Shown piece after piece: positions 57,333 through 64,000 of a DNA stretch of 64,000 nucleotides (positions within the stretch are counted from its first letter, which is position 1; every line of letters begins with the position of its first letter). This stretch comes from the human T2T-CHM13v2.0 reference genome, Homo sapiens, in assembly GCF_009914755.1 (NCBI RefSeq), contig NC_060947.1, one strand, 5' to 3'. The notes beneath the pieces were generated by a model. That model was not told the DNA's origin. It did not search any database and saw only the letters and a list, made by a program, of their open reading frames with translations. A program made the position numbers and the translations under genes.

Positions 57333-59221
57333 ACAATGAGAACACATGGACACGTGGAGGGGAACATCACACACTGGGCCAGTCAGGGGGTGGGGGGCTG
57401 TGGGAGGGATAGCATTAGCAGAAATACCTAATGTAAGTCATGGGTTGATGGTTGCAGCAAACCACCATGGCATGTCTATACCTATGTAACAAAACTGCAC
57501 GTTGTGTCTGCTTGGTCCAGAGCTGAGTTCAAGTCCTGGAATCCCTTGTTAACTTTCTGTCTCGTTGATCTGTCTAATGTTGACAATGGGGTGTTAAAGT
57601 TTCCCATTATTATTGTGTGGGAGTCTAAGTCTCTTTGTAGTTCTCTAAGAACTTACTTTATGAATCTGGGTGCTCCTGTATTGGGTGCATATATATTTAG
57701 GATAGTTAGCTCTTGTTGTTGAATTGATCCCTTTACCATTATGTAATGAACTTCTTTGTCTCTTTTGATCTTTGTTGTTTTAAAGTCTGTTTTTTTAGAG
57801 ACTAGGATTGCAACCCCTGCTTTTTTTTTTTTTTTTTTTTTTGCTTTCCATTTACTTGGTAGATCTTCCCTCCATCCCTTTATTTTGAGCCTGTGTGTAT
57901 CTTTGCACATGAGATGGGTCTCCTGAATACAGCACACTGATGGGTCTTGACTCTTTATCCAATTTGCCAGTCTGTGTCTTTCAATTGGGGCATTTAGCCC
58001 ATTTACATTTAAGGTTGATATTGTTATGTGTGTGAATTTGGTCCTGTCATTATGATGCTAGCTGGTTGTTTTGCCTGTTAGTTGATGCAGTTTCTTCATT
58101 GCATCTATGGTCTTTACAATTTGGCATGTTTTTGCAGTGGCTGGTACCGGTTGTTCCTTTCCATGTTTAGTGCTTCCTTCAGGAGCTCTTGTAAGGCAGG
58201 CCTGGTGGTGATGAAATCTCTCAGCATTTGCTTGTCTGTAACGGATTTTATTTCTCCTTCACTTATGAAGCTTAGTTTGGCTGGATATGAAATTCTAGGT
58301 TGAAAATTCTTTCCTTTAAGAATGTTGAATATTGGCCCCCACTCTCTTCTGGCTTGCAGGGTTTCTGCAGAGTGATCTGCTGTTAGTCTGATGGGCTTCC
58401 CTTTGTGGGTAACTCGACCTTTCTCTCTGGCTGCCCTTAACATTTTTTTCCTTCATTTCAACCTTGGTGAATCTGATGATTATGTGTCTTGGGGTTGCTC
58501 TTCTTGAGGAGAACGTTTGTGGTGTTCTCTGTATATCCTGAATTTGAATGTTGGTCTGTCTTGCTAGGTTGGGAAAGTTCTAGATAATATCTTGAAGAGT
58601 GTTTTCTAACTGGTTCCATTCTCCTCATCACTTCCAGGTACACCAATCAAATGTAGATTTGGTCTCTTCACATAGTCCCATATTTTTTGGATGCTTTGCT
58701 CATTGCTTTTCATTCTTTTTTCTCCAACCTTGTCTTCTCTCTTTATTTCATTAAGTTGATCTTCAATTACTGATATCCTTTTTTCCGCTTGATCGAATCA
58801 GCTTTTGAAGCTTGTACATGCTTCACGAAGTTCTCATGCTGTGTTTTTCAGCCCCATCAGGTCATTTGTGTTATTCTCTACACTGGTTATTCTAGTTAGC
58901 CATTCCTCTAACCTTTTTTCAAGGTTTTAGCTTCCTTGCCATGGGTTAGAACATGCTCCTTTAGCTTGGAGAAGTTTGTTATTACCCACCTTCTGAAGCC
59001 TACTTCTGTCAACTCATCAAACTCATTCTCCGTCCAGTTTTGTTCCCTTGCTGGAGAGGAGTTGTGATCCTTTGGAGGAGAAGAGGCATTCTGTTTTTTG
59101 GAATTTTCAGCCATTTTGTGCTGGTTTCTCCCCATCTTTGTGGATTTATCTACCTTTGGTGTTTGATGTTGGTGACCTACGGATGGAGTTTTGTTGTGGA
59201 TGTCCTTTGTGTTGATGTTGA

Positions 59222-60474
<1,253 letters not shown>

Positions 60475-60714
60475 TGATTGGGGCTGCTGCCTTTTGTTCA
60501 GATATGCCCTTCCCACAGAGGTGGACTCTAGAGGCAGTTGGCCTTGCTGAGCTGTGGTGGGCTCTTCCCTGCTTGAACTTCCTGGCAGCTTTCTTTACAC
60601 TGCAAGCATAAAACCGCCTACTCAAGCCTCAGCAGTGGTGGACGCCCCTCCCGTCTCCAAGCTCCAGCATCCCAGGTTGATTTCAGACTGCTGCACTAGC
60701 AGCAAGAATTTCAA

Positions 60715-64000
<3,286 letters not shown>

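Overview
Primate, most likely human, genomic DNA, as shown by AluJ/S/Y, L1PA, THE1, MLT2A and MER85 elements. I cannot name the locus from sequence alone. I can support no intact protein-coding gene: the long ORFs are decayed LINE-1 ORF1/ORF2 fragments, Alu or microsatellite translations, or GC-rich chance frames. The main non-repeat feature is a ~3 kb CpG island (~14.0-17.0 kb) with promoter motifs and splice/polyA signals on both strands, compatible with oppositely oriented spliced non-coding RNAs. The rest is a mosaic of transposon fossils. The last 14.5 kb is a rearranged LINE-1 cluster containing a hairpin-flanked templated insertion, a near full-length L1 fused tail-to-tail to an inverted L1, an unusual twin-priming-like insert and an AluY. 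The most unusual signals are DNA-repair/template-switch scars and nested elements, not a new gene system. Repeat subfamily names come from remembered consensus sequences and old-repeat boundaries are approximate; RepeatMasker/Dfam should confirm them.
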